Positions 20,571 to 29,552 of a DNA stretch of 64,000 nucleotides are shown here, in pieces. How positions within the stretch are numbered: position 1 is the stretch's first letter; each line of letters starts with the position of its first letter. The translations under genes were made by a program, and so were the position numbers. The stretch is from an uncultured Gammaproteobacteria bacterium (GTDB lineage: Bacteria; Patescibacteriota; Microgenomatia; Woykebacterales; RBG-16-39-9b): the NCBI GenBank assembly GCA_964360785.1, contig CAYHXX010000001.1:9334-73333 (forward strand). The letters are read 5' to 3'. A model generated the notes under the pieces. It did no database searches, was not told the DNA's origin, and saw nothing but the letters and a program-made list of their open reading frames with translations.

Positions 20571-20715
20571 TCGCTCCGCGAAAGTTAATTCCTTGACTTA
20601 AGATATTGTTACAGAAATCAACTTCATCAACCAACTCGTAGATGGTTAAGTAACCCATAGTTGCATTAGGTATTGGAAAAGTGTAAAATATTTTTCATTC
20701 TGAGGAGGAGGTCCT

Positions 20716-21012
20716 ATGTCCAAGCCGCGGATTCCGAACTCGCATAAAATTCAGTTCATATATTCCGATGAGCAATGGCGTCGGTTAGAACGGCTCTGTG
20801 AGCTATCGGAGAGAACTTCAAAGGTGGATGCCGATAGAGAAGCTCAGCGTGTATATGAGCACATTCTCGAAGCAGTTCTGGAAGGAAAAAGAGTTCTTGT
20901 TGAAGACACTGCCACTGGGGAACGTGTTGAACTCTTAACCACTGACATGATGTCCCTGCGTTTGAAAGTCGAAAGAGGGGAAGCAGACCATTTTCGAAGA
21001 CCACCATCCTAA
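20716..21012 (+). CDS. hypothetical small protein
   Basis: GAGGAGGAGG RBS 5 nt before ATG; 98 aa; stem-loop terminator follows. Confidence 0.5.
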   Translation: MSKPRIPNSHKIQFIYSDEQWRRLERLCELSERTSKVDADREAQRVYEHILEAVLEGKRVLVEDTATGERVELLTTDMMSLRLKVERGEADHFRRPPS

Positions 21013-21036
21013 CAGCGGTGGTCTTCTTCTTTCTGT
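20997..21036 (+). terminator. intrinsic terminator
   Basis: AAGACCACC-11nt-GGTGGTCTT then CTTCTTTCTGTGTT; the stop codon lies in the loop. Confidence 0.45.
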
Positions 21037-21055
21037 GTTAAAATAATGCCAAATT

Positions 21056-21814
21056 ATGTCAGGACACAGCAAATGGTCAACAATCAAGCGTGCAAAGGGG
21101 GCTAACGACGCTAAACGCGGTCAGGCTTTCACAAAGGCTTCTAAACTCATTACCATAGCAGCTCGAGATGGAGCTAGCCCAGACAACAACTTCAAGTTAC
21201 GTTTGGCTGTTGAAGCCGCTCGGGCAATCAATATGCCTAAGGAGAATATTGAACGGGCGATTACTCGGGCAACTGGGGCGGATGGCTCAAAAGTACTAGA
21301 AGAACATGTCTATGAGGGCTATGGTCCGGCTGGTGTGGCTTTATTGATAGAGGTGGTTACTGATAACAAAATGCGCACCGGTTCAGAGATACGCTCGATT
21401 CTTGACAAGAGTGGGGGAAACCTCGCTGGTCCGGGAAGCGTCGCTTACAATTTTAAAGCAATTGGTGCAATTTCTGTCAATATTGCTGGAAAAGACCCCG
21501 ACGAGCTGTTTTTGTTGGCGGCTGATAGTGGAGCAGAAGATATCATAACCGAGTCTGAAGAATCCACAGTTTATTGTAAACCAGAAGATCTTGTGAAAGT
21601 CAAAGAGGCGATAGTTACCGCTGGTTATGATATAACTAGTGCTGAGGTTATCAAGGAAGCCACGAATACAATTAAGATTACTGACGAGGGCCAAGCCAAA
21701 AGTATTCTCAACTTAATTGAAAAACTAGAGGACTCAGATGACGTCCAAAAAGTTTACGCGAATTTTGACATTTCTGAGAGTCTTCTACAACGGAATGCAG
21801 AGCTTATTAGCTAA
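21056..21814 (+). CDS. yebC: YebC/PmpR-family transcriptional regulator
   Basis: MSGHSKWSTIKRAKGANDAKRGQAFTK... canonical N-terminus. Confidence 0.95.
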   Translation: MSGHSKWSTIKRAKGANDAKRGQAFTKASKLITIAARDGASPDNNFKLRLAVEAARAINMPKENIERAITRATGADGSKVLEEHVYEGYGPAGVALLIEVVTDNKMRTGSEIRSILDKSGGNLAGPGSVAYNFKAIGAISVNIAGKDPDELFLLAADSGAEDIITESEESTVYCKPEDLVKVKEAIVTAGYDITSAEVIKEATNTIKITDEGQAKSILNLIEKLEDSDDVQKVYANFDISESLLQRNAELIS

Positions 21815-21833
21815 AGACCTACATCTTTAATTT

Positions 21834-22358
21834 ATGTTAATCCTTGGAATTGATCCTGGAACTGCCACTACAGGTTGGGGAGTTCTCAAAGTCGAGGGTA
21901 CAAACGGAAAAACCAAATTTATTGCCCGCAATTACGGTTGTATTCTGACTGACAAAAACCGGGAAATGCAGTATCGATTACTTACTTTGAATGATGGTAT
22001 TAGCAACTTGGTCAAAGAATATAGGCCAGATATCATGGTGGTTGAACAGATTTTCTTTGGAGCCAACGCGACAACTGCGATTTCAGTTGGACAGGCGAGG
22101 GGCGCCATACTCCTAGCCGCAGCGCAGAGCCATGTTCCGGTTTTTGAGTACACCGGCCTAACGGTCAAATTGATGGTAGCTGGTCATGGTCGTTCTGATA
22201 AACAGCAGGTTCAAGATGCGGTTTTGAAACATTTGGGTCTAAAGGAACTACACACTGCAAAGAATCAGGCTGGCAAGGAAGTTTTCCGTTTTCGTGATGA
22301 TGCCTACGACGCTCTCGCACTAGCTATCTGCCATGTGCTAAAATCAAACGCACTCTAG
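21834..22358 (+). CDS. ruvC: Holliday junction resolvase RuvC
   Basis: MLILGIDPGTATTGWGVL...; catalytic D/E/D/D positions present. Confidence 0.95.
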   Translation: MLILGIDPGTATTGWGVLKVEGTNGKTKFIARNYGCILTDKNREMQYRLLTLNDGISNLVKEYRPDIMVVEQIFFGANATTAISVGQARGAILLAAAQSHVPVFEYTGLTVKLMVAGHGRSDKQQVQDAVLKHLGLKELHTAKNQAGKEVFRFRDDAYDALALAICHVLKSNAL

Positions 22359-22360
22359 CT

Positions 22361-23137
22361 ATGTTTCTAACAAAACGAGTAAAAATTTCCATCATTACAG
22401 TCCTTCTCAGCTTGTCGTTATTTTGTTTTCCTTTTGTCGATGCTAATCTAAAAATTTATTATTTGGGAGCAATTGTAGTTGCTAGTTATTTGCTTTCTGT
22501 TTGGTCGATCTATCGGGATCTGCATGGCTTTGAATTTATCAATTTGTTTGTCCTACCAGTACTTTTGACACTTAGTTTTGGTCTATTCATCTATCAATTC
22601 ACACCCGGACCTGAGATTAGATTGTTACTTTCTATAGTTTATGGAGTCGTTGTTTATATAAATCTACTGGCCGAAAATATTTTCAATGTTTCAGCGGAGA
22701 GAAATATACCTTTGCTGAGGGCGGCAAGAACAGTCGGTTACCTGGTAACTCTTTTTGTTTCCTTTGCATTCTTTTCTTTGCTTTATGGTTTGGGTCTTTC
22801 TTGGTGGGTTTTAACTGTAGTATCTTTTCTGATCGGAATACTTATTTTTGCCCAAGCTGTCTGGCAAGTCGAACTTGAAGAAACTTTAAGTAGAGAACTA
22901 ATTATCGTTAGTTTAGTTTCCGGACTGCTACTTTCCCAACTTGCTGCTGCCTTGGCGTTTTGGCCGCTGACTCCACCAAAAGTCGGGCTTGCAATGACAG
23001 CAATGGTATACGTGACTTTGGGTATACTGCAACATATGATTCAAAAAGATCTGACAAAGAGAGCTGCCTTTGAATATGTCTTTCTGGCTCTTAGTGTTTT
23101 CCTCTTTCTTATCGTCACCACTACTTGGGGAATCTAG
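22361..23137 (+). CDS. polytopic membrane protein, function unknown
   Basis: Seven to eight hydrophobic helices; no motif recognised. Confidence 0.55.
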   Translation: MFLTKRVKISIITVLLSLSLFCFPFVDANLKIYYLGAIVVASYLLSVWSIYRDLHGFEFINLFVLPVLLTLSFGLFIYQFTPGPEIRLLLSIVYGVVVYINLLAENIFNVSAERNIPLLRAARTVGYLVTLFVSFAFFSLLYGLGLSWWVLTVVSFLIGILIFAQAVWQVELEETLSRELIIVSLVSGLLLSQLAAALAFWPLTPPKVGLAMTAMVYVTLGILQHMIQKDLTKRAAFEYVFLALSVFLFLIVTTTWGI

Positions 23138-23323
23138 AACTTCTTATTTGACCAAATTGCTCTGACAAACTATAATTCGAAATTAGTGAGCCACACTACG
23201 GAGTGAGGCTGCTTTGGGTGAACAGGGAGGTGCGATTGGGCGAAGAAAGAACGAGTCGCAACACAGACAGGGGGAGTACCGTCTAGTGTGACGGTCGGAT
23301 CTCAACTCATGGAGGAGTTGACC

Positions 23324-23536
23324 ATGACGGCGTATCCGTTTAAGCCGGGTCCAGGACTGCCACTATCAGGGCAGCCAGGCAGATCATCGAGTTCTCAAAG
23401 TGGTGGAAACTGCTCCCAGCAGTTGCCCACCTACGTCAGGTCCCTTCGAGATGGTATCGTGCTCGGTCGCGCTACCACACAGGAAGAACTCAGCGCCCTC
23501 GAATTGAGCCGCGCCGAGTACGACAAAAAGCCTTAG
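23324..23536 (+). CDS. small GC-rich hypothetical ORF (70 aa)
   Basis: GGAGGAG 6 nt before ATG; markedly higher GC than its flanks; terminator about 60 nt downstream. Confidence 0.35.
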   Translation: MTAYPFKPGPGLPLSGQPGRSSSSQSGGNCSQQLPTYVRSLRDGIVLGRATTQEELSALELSRAEYDKKP

Positions 23537-23592
23537 GACAAAAACCTGCAGGTTGTCCTAGTGCTCACCACAATCGAATAGCTCATCTTTTT

Positions 23593-23635
23593 GCGGTCCG
23601 GGAACTTCGAGAGTCTCGGACCGCCATCTTTTTAT
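23593..23635 (+). terminator. intrinsic terminator
   Basis: GCGGTCCG-16nt-CGGACCGC then CATCTTTTTA. Confidence 0.6.
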
Positions 23636-24729
23636 CAAGTAGAGCAGTGTGATCCAGAAACCAGAAATATAGAATATCAGATTCGCTATAGTTGTACATA
23701 CAAGTGGGAGTGAAAAACATTGTTAGTCAATACAACAAACTTGTAACAAAAATTAACGATATTAAAAGTCAGAGTGGAGGAGTGGGATGAGTAGAGAGAG
23801 AAATTTTATAACAATACTATAAGACTAGGTGATATAGTATGATATAGTCTTTCCACGTGTGGAAAGAATACTATAGGGTCTAAGTCTGGTGGGAAAGTCG
23901 ACTCGTAAAAAACCCGAAAGACCTTTCGGTTGCTGTTGAACCATGCAAAGAATCTTGTCCCTCCACCCTTCTCTCCAAAACTACTGGGATAGTAATTTTT
24001 ATTGCACACTCCTTTCTCTTGGTATCGGTGGTAAATTGTGGATAACTTTTGCACAAGCCGAAGTCGAGTGCTAAGTCCATATTGGTTTTAGCCTCAAATT
24101 TACATTTATCTAATGCAATTTGTACCTATAGAACAAGCAATTTCGGATCTCCTCGCATCGTCTTCAAGGACGTTACTAGGTTTAGTTAAAGCAATACTTT
24201 TGCCTTGGTTATAGTCGAGCCGCTGTAAGGCCCTAGAAGGCATTTTTATACTTGGAGTAATAAAGTAAGTAGTCTGTGCAAAAGAGAGTGTAAAGAAAGT
24301 TTTGTGTAAATGTTATTTTGATAGACCTGGTAATACCTCTTCTCCCGGTCAGTAAGGCGCCTCAGCTTCAAATGTTAATACGTCGCACAATGTATCTTAT
24401 GCGACGTCAGATAGAGCTCCCTACCGATCGATGTTTTTAAAATTTTCTGTGCTTTCCTACTGCGCCTTGACTACAAAAGAATTAAATCAAAAAATGTTTT
24501 CTAAATTCTCTATTTTCTGGTTGGTCTAAAATTTATAAATTTCCAGTTGTGGCTGAAAATTACTAATTGGCTGCTATAGAAGGCAAAAACTTAAATTTGC
24601 TCATTTTAACCCCTTCCCCGTCCTTTAGGAAAAATGGACCTATAATTATCAAAATAGACTGACATACCAAGCAAAAATACCAAAATTAGCCTCAAAAATA
24701 AAAACGCCCGGTTCCGGTTTAGCCGTGAA

Positions 24730-24816
24730 CTAGGCGTTCAGAGACGCAATTTTCCATGTGTCAGACCAGATTTCCGCCAGTTCAAGCTTCAAGAGGTCGT
24801 CGCGCAAGGGTTTCAT
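24730..24816 (-). CDS. candidate 28-aa micro-protein (MKPLRDDLLKLELAEIWSDTWKIASLNA)
   Basis: AGGAGG 8 nt upstream of ATG; immediately followed on the minus strand by a stem-loop plus TTTTTATTTTT. Confidence 0.35.
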   Translation of the reverse strand: MKPLRDDLLKLELAEIWSDTWKIASLNA

Positions 24817-24923
24817 CCGCCTTGCCTCCTAGCTGAGATCTCTACCTCGTGCCAATTACAACAAAGTTTTACAAATTTTGCAAGATTGCTTTCCAAACAT
24901 GTTTTGTCTATTCTTAAATTTCT

Positions 24924-25304
24924 ATGAAAAGTTTTAAACAAAACTATTTGATAAAAGCTCCAGTTGAAAAAGTTTGGCAGGCACTGGTTGCTCCGAAGAT
25001 CATTGAACAGTGGTCGGGTTCCAAAGCAGTGATGTCAGATCAGGTTGGTGCAAAGTTTGAGCTATGGGATGGCGATATGTTTGGTACCAACGCTGAAGTT
25101 ATTGCAAATAAAAAATTAGTCCAAGACTGGTTCGGTGGTGATTGGCCGGAACCGTCGAAAGTGACTTTCAACCTTTCAGAAAAGGATGGTGTTACCGAAG
25201 TTGAGTTGGTGCATGAAAATCTGCCTGATAAGGAAGCCTCTGATTTTGAGTCTGGTTGGCGTAATTATTATCTCGGCTCAATTAAGAAAATGCTTGAAGG
25301 ATAA
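24924..25304 (+). CDS. SRPBCC-superfamily protein (AHSA1/Activator-of-Hsp90-ATPase-like)
   Basis: Starts KAPVEKVWQALVAPKIIEQW; 126 aa, typical size and fold signature. Confidence 0.7.
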   Translation: MKSFKQNYLIKAPVEKVWQALVAPKIIEQWSGSKAVMSDQVGAKFELWDGDMFGTNAEVIANKKLVQDWFGGDWPEPSKVTFNLSEKDGVTEVELVHENLPDKEASDFESGWRNYYLGSIKKMLEG

Positions 25305-25337
25305 AGAGAATCGCTTGCCCAGGTTCTGAACAAGCGA

Positions 25338-26099
25338 TCAGCAGTCAATGTTACCGGCAAATACTTGTGTGTAGTAGTACTTATCTCCAACCTTTGCTAC
25401 ACCAATTCCCAACTTTTCATAGTGACAACCGAGAATGATTTCCCTATGACCATCGCTTTTCATTAAATCATCCATGGCAGCTTCAATGGTCTCGGCATTT
25501 ATGTAGTTGTTCATGGCAAGGTTTTCACCTTCCCATCCGCCTAGATACTGAGCATAATCTAGTAGGCAGAAAGAAGGACAACCGTTGGGTGGGTTATGGC
25601 TGAAATAGTTGTTTTTGGCCATGTCTTCTGATCTGTAGATTGCTACTTTTGTCAAAACTGGGTCAACCTCAAGAGGCTGAAGGTTGTTGAGTTCCCGTTG
25701 ATAGTTGACCAGCTCGACCATATCTTTTTCCAACTCCTCTTCTCGTGTTACTGTTGGTGTCGGAGTAGCTGTTGGAGTTGGAGTCATCGTAGATACTTCT
25801 GGGAGGGTGGTCTTTTGCAGGCTCTCGACGATTACCCCTCCATCATTGGATTGGTTGCTCTGTTCACCAGCAATTGCAGCGACTAGGTTTGGTATCCCAA
25901 CCAGTACAATGAGGAGCAAACATACAAACGACAACAGGTAGTCCGTAGTCGGTGTGTCCCGGCTCTTATCTCTCAAGTTGTATGGATACGACGTTTTCTT
26001 CTTGGCTGCAGAAGCTGTCGCTTGCTCTTCTACTTTCCTCTCTTCTTCCGGTCTCTTCTTTGGTTCCTTGGGCATTCGTGGTGGACGCAAGAAAGCCAA
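25338..26099 (-). CDS. CAP/SCP/PR-1-domain secreted protein with TP-repeat linker
   Basis: N-terminal TM; TPTPTATPTPTV linker; C-terminal CAP-like domain (DGHREIILG..YEKLGIGV..YYYTQVF). Confidence 0.7.
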   Translation of the reverse strand: MAFLRPPRMPKEPKKRPEEERKVEEQATASAAKKKTSYPYNLRDKSRDTPTTDYLLSFVCLLLIVLVGIPNLVAAIAGEQSNQSNDGGVIVESLQKTTLPEVSTMTPTPTATPTPTVTREEELEKDMVELVNYQRELNNLQPLEVDPVLTKVAIYRSEDMAKNNYFSHNPPNGCPSFCLLDYAQYLGGWEGENLAMNNYINAETIEAAMDDLMKSDGHREIILGCHYEKLGIGVAKVGDKYYYTQVFAGNIDC

Positions 26100-26177
26100 A
26101 GTGCACCTCCTTGATTGAAGTTATTATACCTAAACTGAACAAGTAAACAAGGGAAAAAAGTTTGAATTATCCAGGGA

Positions 26178-26750
26178 TTACTTGGTTGGATTTGGTTGAG
26201 GGTTGCTACGACCAATTTCGTAAAAATAAGTTGGTCCCCAGGGTGTGTTTAGTTCTGGATTTTCGTCAACAAATATTGGTGTCCAGTTTGTAAAAGGAAA
26301 AGAAGGAGCGATTACTAGAGTTCCAGGTTTTAGTTCAGTAAGTAACTTCTCCTCCAGCAATTCATTTGTTTGTTCTGTCAGGTAAATCAGGCAAACTGTC
26401 GCCTCGGAAAGGTCAACATCAAACAAATTTTTATTGAGAAAAGTTACTTTGTCGGAAAGGCGCAGAATAAAGCTTTGGTACAGACTGTAGAAATAGCGGA
26501 GTTTGTCGATCTCGATCCCAACTGCTTTGCAATGGTAGGTTAGTGCGGTAGCGATTGGTATTCGCCCATCCCCGCTTCCCAAATCGTAGAGAATATCCCC
26601 TTCTTTTAGTTTCGCCAAACGCAAAATACGCTCTACCACCGGATGTTCCATCGCAACATACGGGGCGCCATGATCGGAAGCATTGTATTTCCAATATTGG
26701 TAGACGAAAAATCCAATGACGATAGCTATGAGGGCAGTGATTGCGTACAC
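26178..26750 (-). CDS. membrane-anchored class I SAM-dependent methyltransferase
   Basis: N-terminal TM; motif I ILYDLGSGDGRIPI. Confidence 0.7.
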   Translation of the reverse strand: MYAITALIAIVIGFFVYQYWKYNASDHGAPYVAMEHPVVERILRLAKLKEGDILYDLGSGDGRIPIATALTYHCKAVGIEIDKLRYFYSLYQSFILRLSDKVTFLNKNLFDVDLSEATVCLIYLTEQTNELLEEKLLTELKPGTLVIAPSFPFTNWTPIFVDENPELNTPWGPTYFYEIGRSNPQPNPTK

Positions 26751-26761
26751 AACTATTAATA

Positions 26762-26935
26762 TACTACTTCTTTTGTTTCGGCAAAAGAAGTATCAAGAAA
26801 ATCCGACCCTTGCACTTCGTCAGCGGTTGAACATAAGCAAAAAAGCTCGGAAACTTCTGGAATTCCTTAACAGTCAGTTCCAGCTTTCTCTTCGCTTTTT
26901 TACAAGTTCAAAAAGGCTGACTTTGCTAGAGGGCT
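26762..26935. repeat. copy 1 of a hairpin-rich ~175-bp repeat element
   Basis: Shares TACTTCTTTTG..CAAAAGAAGTA hairpin, identical 27-nt core AAAAAGCTCGGAAACTTCTGGAATTCC, GTCAGTTCCAGCTTTCTCTTCGCTTTTT and AGTTCAAAAA..ACTTTGCTA with the reverse complement of 38861..39036. Confidence 0.7.
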
Positions 26936-27042
26936 TTACGCTGCTCGCAATGGCGGTATAAGTTCAAAGACGCTGACTTCGCTATAGGGGTTAATTTTGG
27001 AAAAAAGAAACCGTCGGGGTGGCGACGGTTGTTAGATTCTGA

Positions 27043-27294
27043 TTAGTATCCCAAGTATATAGCCAAGGTGACTGTACTTGCCACAATGCAGAAGATTGTT
27101 GCTTGGTTGGCAGTGAGTTTGGATTTTTTGGCCAGAGTTACACCGATTAGTATGTATAGATCCACTGTTCCAATCCAGAAGTTAAATACATTACTATATA
27201 CAGAGGCTGTAACGAAGCTGGCTAGAGTCATCCCGAGTAGGATGTACATCCATGCCCAGACGTCTCCCCACAATCTTCTACCTAGAGATTGCAT
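27043..27294 (-). CDS. small membrane protein
   Basis: 83 aa, two hydrophobic helices. Confidence 0.35.
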   Translation of the reverse strand: MQSLGRRLWGDVWAWMYILLGMTLASFVTASVYSNVFNFWIGTVDLYILIGVTLAKKSKLTANQATIFCIVASTVTLAIYLGY

Positions 27295-27364
27295 TTCTCA
27301 CCTCCAGACTTCTCCAACTGAGTTTAGCAAATATAGATTTTTGAGTAAAGAAAAACCGCTGTGG

Positions 27365-27820
27365 TCAGTCAGCGGCTGGTGGGGTTTGCTTTGCGGCCTC
27401 GAACTCATGAAGAGCTTGTGCCAAATCATCTATATCTGTGAACAGCTTGCCTTCTTCTATTCTTGCGATTCGAAACGGTGTTGTCACGTTGATTGAGGGG
27501 AAGACAAAACCGTAAACAGGTATCTTGTGTATCTCAGCTAGTATCTGCTCGTTGGTACGGCCGTCTGAAGCAGTTGAGAGGTCGGCAACCACGACATCAA
27601 AGTCGTGTGTTGCGAAGAAATCTTCTACTTCAGCCAGAATTCTTCTTGCTCCCGCATGATCCGTTTTCCAGTCCCTTTCCTCGTAGACTCCTCGGTCCAA
27701 CGCGCTGGTGACATTGAAACCCCGGTTTCTCAACGCATTTACTGCGTATTCGATTCTCTCATTTTGTCCAGGTCTGCCGATGCGGCCGATGACGTAGATC
27801 CGTAGCATGGTCGCCTCCAA
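27365..27820 (-). CDS. hypothetical GC-rich protein, possibly nucleoside 2-deoxyribosyltransferase-like (DUF4406-like) Rossmann fold
   Basis: MLRIYVIGRIGRPGQNERIEYAVNALRNRGFNV pattern; about 57% GC. Confidence 0.3.
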   Translation of the reverse strand: MEATMLRIYVIGRIGRPGQNERIEYAVNALRNRGFNVTSALDRGVYEERDWKTDHAGARRILAEVEDFFATHDFDVVVADLSTASDGRTNEQILAEIHKIPVYGFVFPSINVTTPFRIARIEEGKLFTDIDDLAQALHEFEAAKQTPPAAD

Positions 27821-27987
27821 TCATGCTCGGGATTATAGCAGTAAAGTGTAGAATTGTGAACACAGCTGAGTAATTCCTATAGCTCTTTAATATCCGACTT
27901 ATAACTATTGACAAGAAGTTTGGAAGTGGTTTAGACTAATTGGTAAGGAGGACCTCTGACACTGCCTAGTCACGTTATTTTTAAACC

Positions 27988-28479
27988 ATGAAAATCTCAA
28001 ACCGAGAAATTATTATTGCAGCCATAGCCATCCTAGTACTACTTGGTATAGGATACTTTATAAACAACAATTCCAAGGACAACAAAAAAGAAGAGACCAA
28101 GCAAGAAGACAAGGTAAACTTGGATGACTCTGGTAGTACTGACGAAAACAAGGACGACCAGAGCAAAGACGAAGAGGAAAAAGAAGCCCAAGGTGTCATT
28201 TCGACTGATCCAAAATCCGGTGCTGAGGTTACCCTCGCTTCTGCTCCAAAAGATGTTGTGATCAAGTTTGATAAAGAAATCGCTGGCGGATCAGAAATAA
28301 CGGTAGTTTCAGACAAGAATGTCGATGTCGTGACTGCTGGGAACAAAATCACCGCTGACTTGAAGCAACTCTCTGCGCCAGTGAGTATTTCTGTTGCTGG
28401 TACCTACACAGTAGCCTACAAGATCAACTGGAAAGACGGAACTAAGAGTGACGGAAGCTACAAGTTCACAGTCAAGTAA
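27988..28479 (+). CDS. membrane-anchored secreted protein with D/E/K-rich linker and beta-sandwich-like C-domain
   Basis: N-terminal TM, acidic low-complexity linker, ~90-aa C-terminal domain. Confidence 0.5.
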   Translation: MKISNREIIIAAIAILVLLGIGYFINNNSKDNKKEETKQEDKVNLDDSGSTDENKDDQSKDEEEKEAQGVISTDPKSGAEVTLASAPKDVVIKFDKEIAGGSEITVVSDKNVDVVTAGNKITADLKQLSAPVSISVAGTYTVAYKINWKDGTKSDGSYKFTVK

Positions 28480-28507
28480 GTAAGCTGACTAAATTTGGGC
28501 ATATAAA

Positions 28508-28534
28508 AAGCTCCTTCTGATGAGGGAGCTTTTT
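28508..28534. terminator. bidirectional intrinsic terminator between convergent genes
   Basis: AAGCTCC-10nt-GGAGCTT flanked by an A-run (left) and TTTT (right). Confidence 0.5.
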
Positions 28535-28637
28535 GGTTCTACAGATAAGTTCTTTCGGATATATTTTCGGGAGTTTATTTGGGTCGTGTGGGGCGGCAGC
28601 GTTGCTGGTTTAGCTTTGCTGCCTGCCCCTGAGACCT

Positions 28638-29390
28638 CTACTCCTTCTGAAATTCGCTCGGTGTCCAGAAGACGGTGTCTGTCGGCAGATCAATGTACTC
28701 GGCCATACTCGCAGAAGTGAATCCTGAGTAGTAGTGGCCGTCTGGGGCCATGGTCGATTCGGTAGCTATTGTGACTTTCATGCCGCCGTAGCCGAGTTGC
28801 GCACCTCCGTATTTGCCGATGAACCAGGGATCTCCGGCAGGGCTGCGACGCAAGACGAAATTGTAGGCCAGCTTGGCTTTATCACCTGGCTGGAAGTCGG
28901 GCTTGTAGCGCTCGCCGACTTCTGAGATTCGGAACAGGAGAAACTGCTTGTCGTCGAGCCCGAAATCATAACCCTCGGTATAGACCGACCCTTGTACAAC
29001 ATGGATTGGCAGGACCCAGTAGCCTTTGGTCTGATCGTTATGGCCGTGCAGGGTTGGTTCGCCAATAAGCTGAACGATGTCATGGTCCTGGACGCGATGA
29101 CCCTCGAAAGTGCAGTGCTTGAGAACGGGCATGTCCTTGTAGCAGTCAATCTGACCGGTGCCGAAAACCTCGTAATAGGCGCCGACGACGTACTTTTGCG
29201 TCAGTGCCGGTGTCGTTGCATCAGGCGCTGCTGTTGGTTCTGCACTTAATGCAGTTGTGCCATTGTCCTTGCCTAGGTTCTTCGTATCGTCATGGACGCC
29301 GATGGCAAAGGCAGCGATAAGGACGATTGCCACTACCGCCGCAATGATTCCGAAGACAGCTTCCCCTGGGGTTACCCGTCTTAGTCTCAT
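28638..29390 (-). CDS. GC-rich membrane-anchored secreted hypothetical protein
   Basis: MRLRRVTPGEAVFGIIAAVVAIVLIAAFAIG TM anchor, A/P/T linker, ~200-aa domain; about 58% GC; the antisense ORFs look spurious. Confidence 0.5.
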   Translation of the reverse strand: MRLRRVTPGEAVFGIIAAVVAIVLIAAFAIGVHDDTKNLGKDNGTTALSAEPTAAPDATTPALTQKYVVGAYYEVFGTGQIDCYKDMPVLKHCTFEGHRVQDHDIVQLIGEPTLHGHNDQTKGYWVLPIHVVQGSVYTEGYDFGLDDKQFLLFRISEVGERYKPDFQPGDKAKLAYNFVLRRSPAGDPWFIGKYGGAQLGYGGMKVTIATESTMAPDGHYYSGFTSASMAEYIDLPTDTVFWTPSEFQKE

Positions 29391-29552
29391 AATCCCCTCC
29401 TTGGGCTAGAGTTGATCCTTCCCGATTTCTTGGTTGAATTATAACTTATGGAGTAAAGTTGGAGTAATTAAATTTTAGTAATTTCAATTTTGAGTGTAGG
29501 TAAAAAAGAAGGTTCTCTGAGGCAGCCGAGCTGTTTGCTCAGGATGGCAACC

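Noticed and set aside
23200-23420. RNase P RNA-like motifs (GGGUGAA.AGG..GGUGCG; GCAACACAGACAG; CCCGGCUUA on the minus strand)
   Set aside because: The motifs occur in the wrong order and on different strands, so no consistent P4 pairing could be built. Left as a region-level ncRNA candidate only.
23428-23440. GUCAGGUCC matching the SRP RNA domain IV 5' strand
   Set aside because: The flanking sequence lacks the GGAAGGAAGCAGC continuation and a 3' partner strand.
23879-23960. Possible tmRNA 5' end (GGGUCUAAGUCUGG..GUCGAC resembling GGGGCUGAUUCUGGAUUCGAC)
   Set aside because: The near-universal GG(A/U)UUCGAC spacing is not met. No matching tRNA-like 3' end (T-arm plus complementary acceptor strand plus CCA) was found on that strand within ~500 nt. 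The CCACCA seen on the minus strand is not preceded by a T-arm.
26716-26961. 81-aa ORF covering the left repeat element
   Set aside because: It runs through the hairpin-rich repeat, has no RBS, and its translation is low-complexity. It is more likely non-coding.
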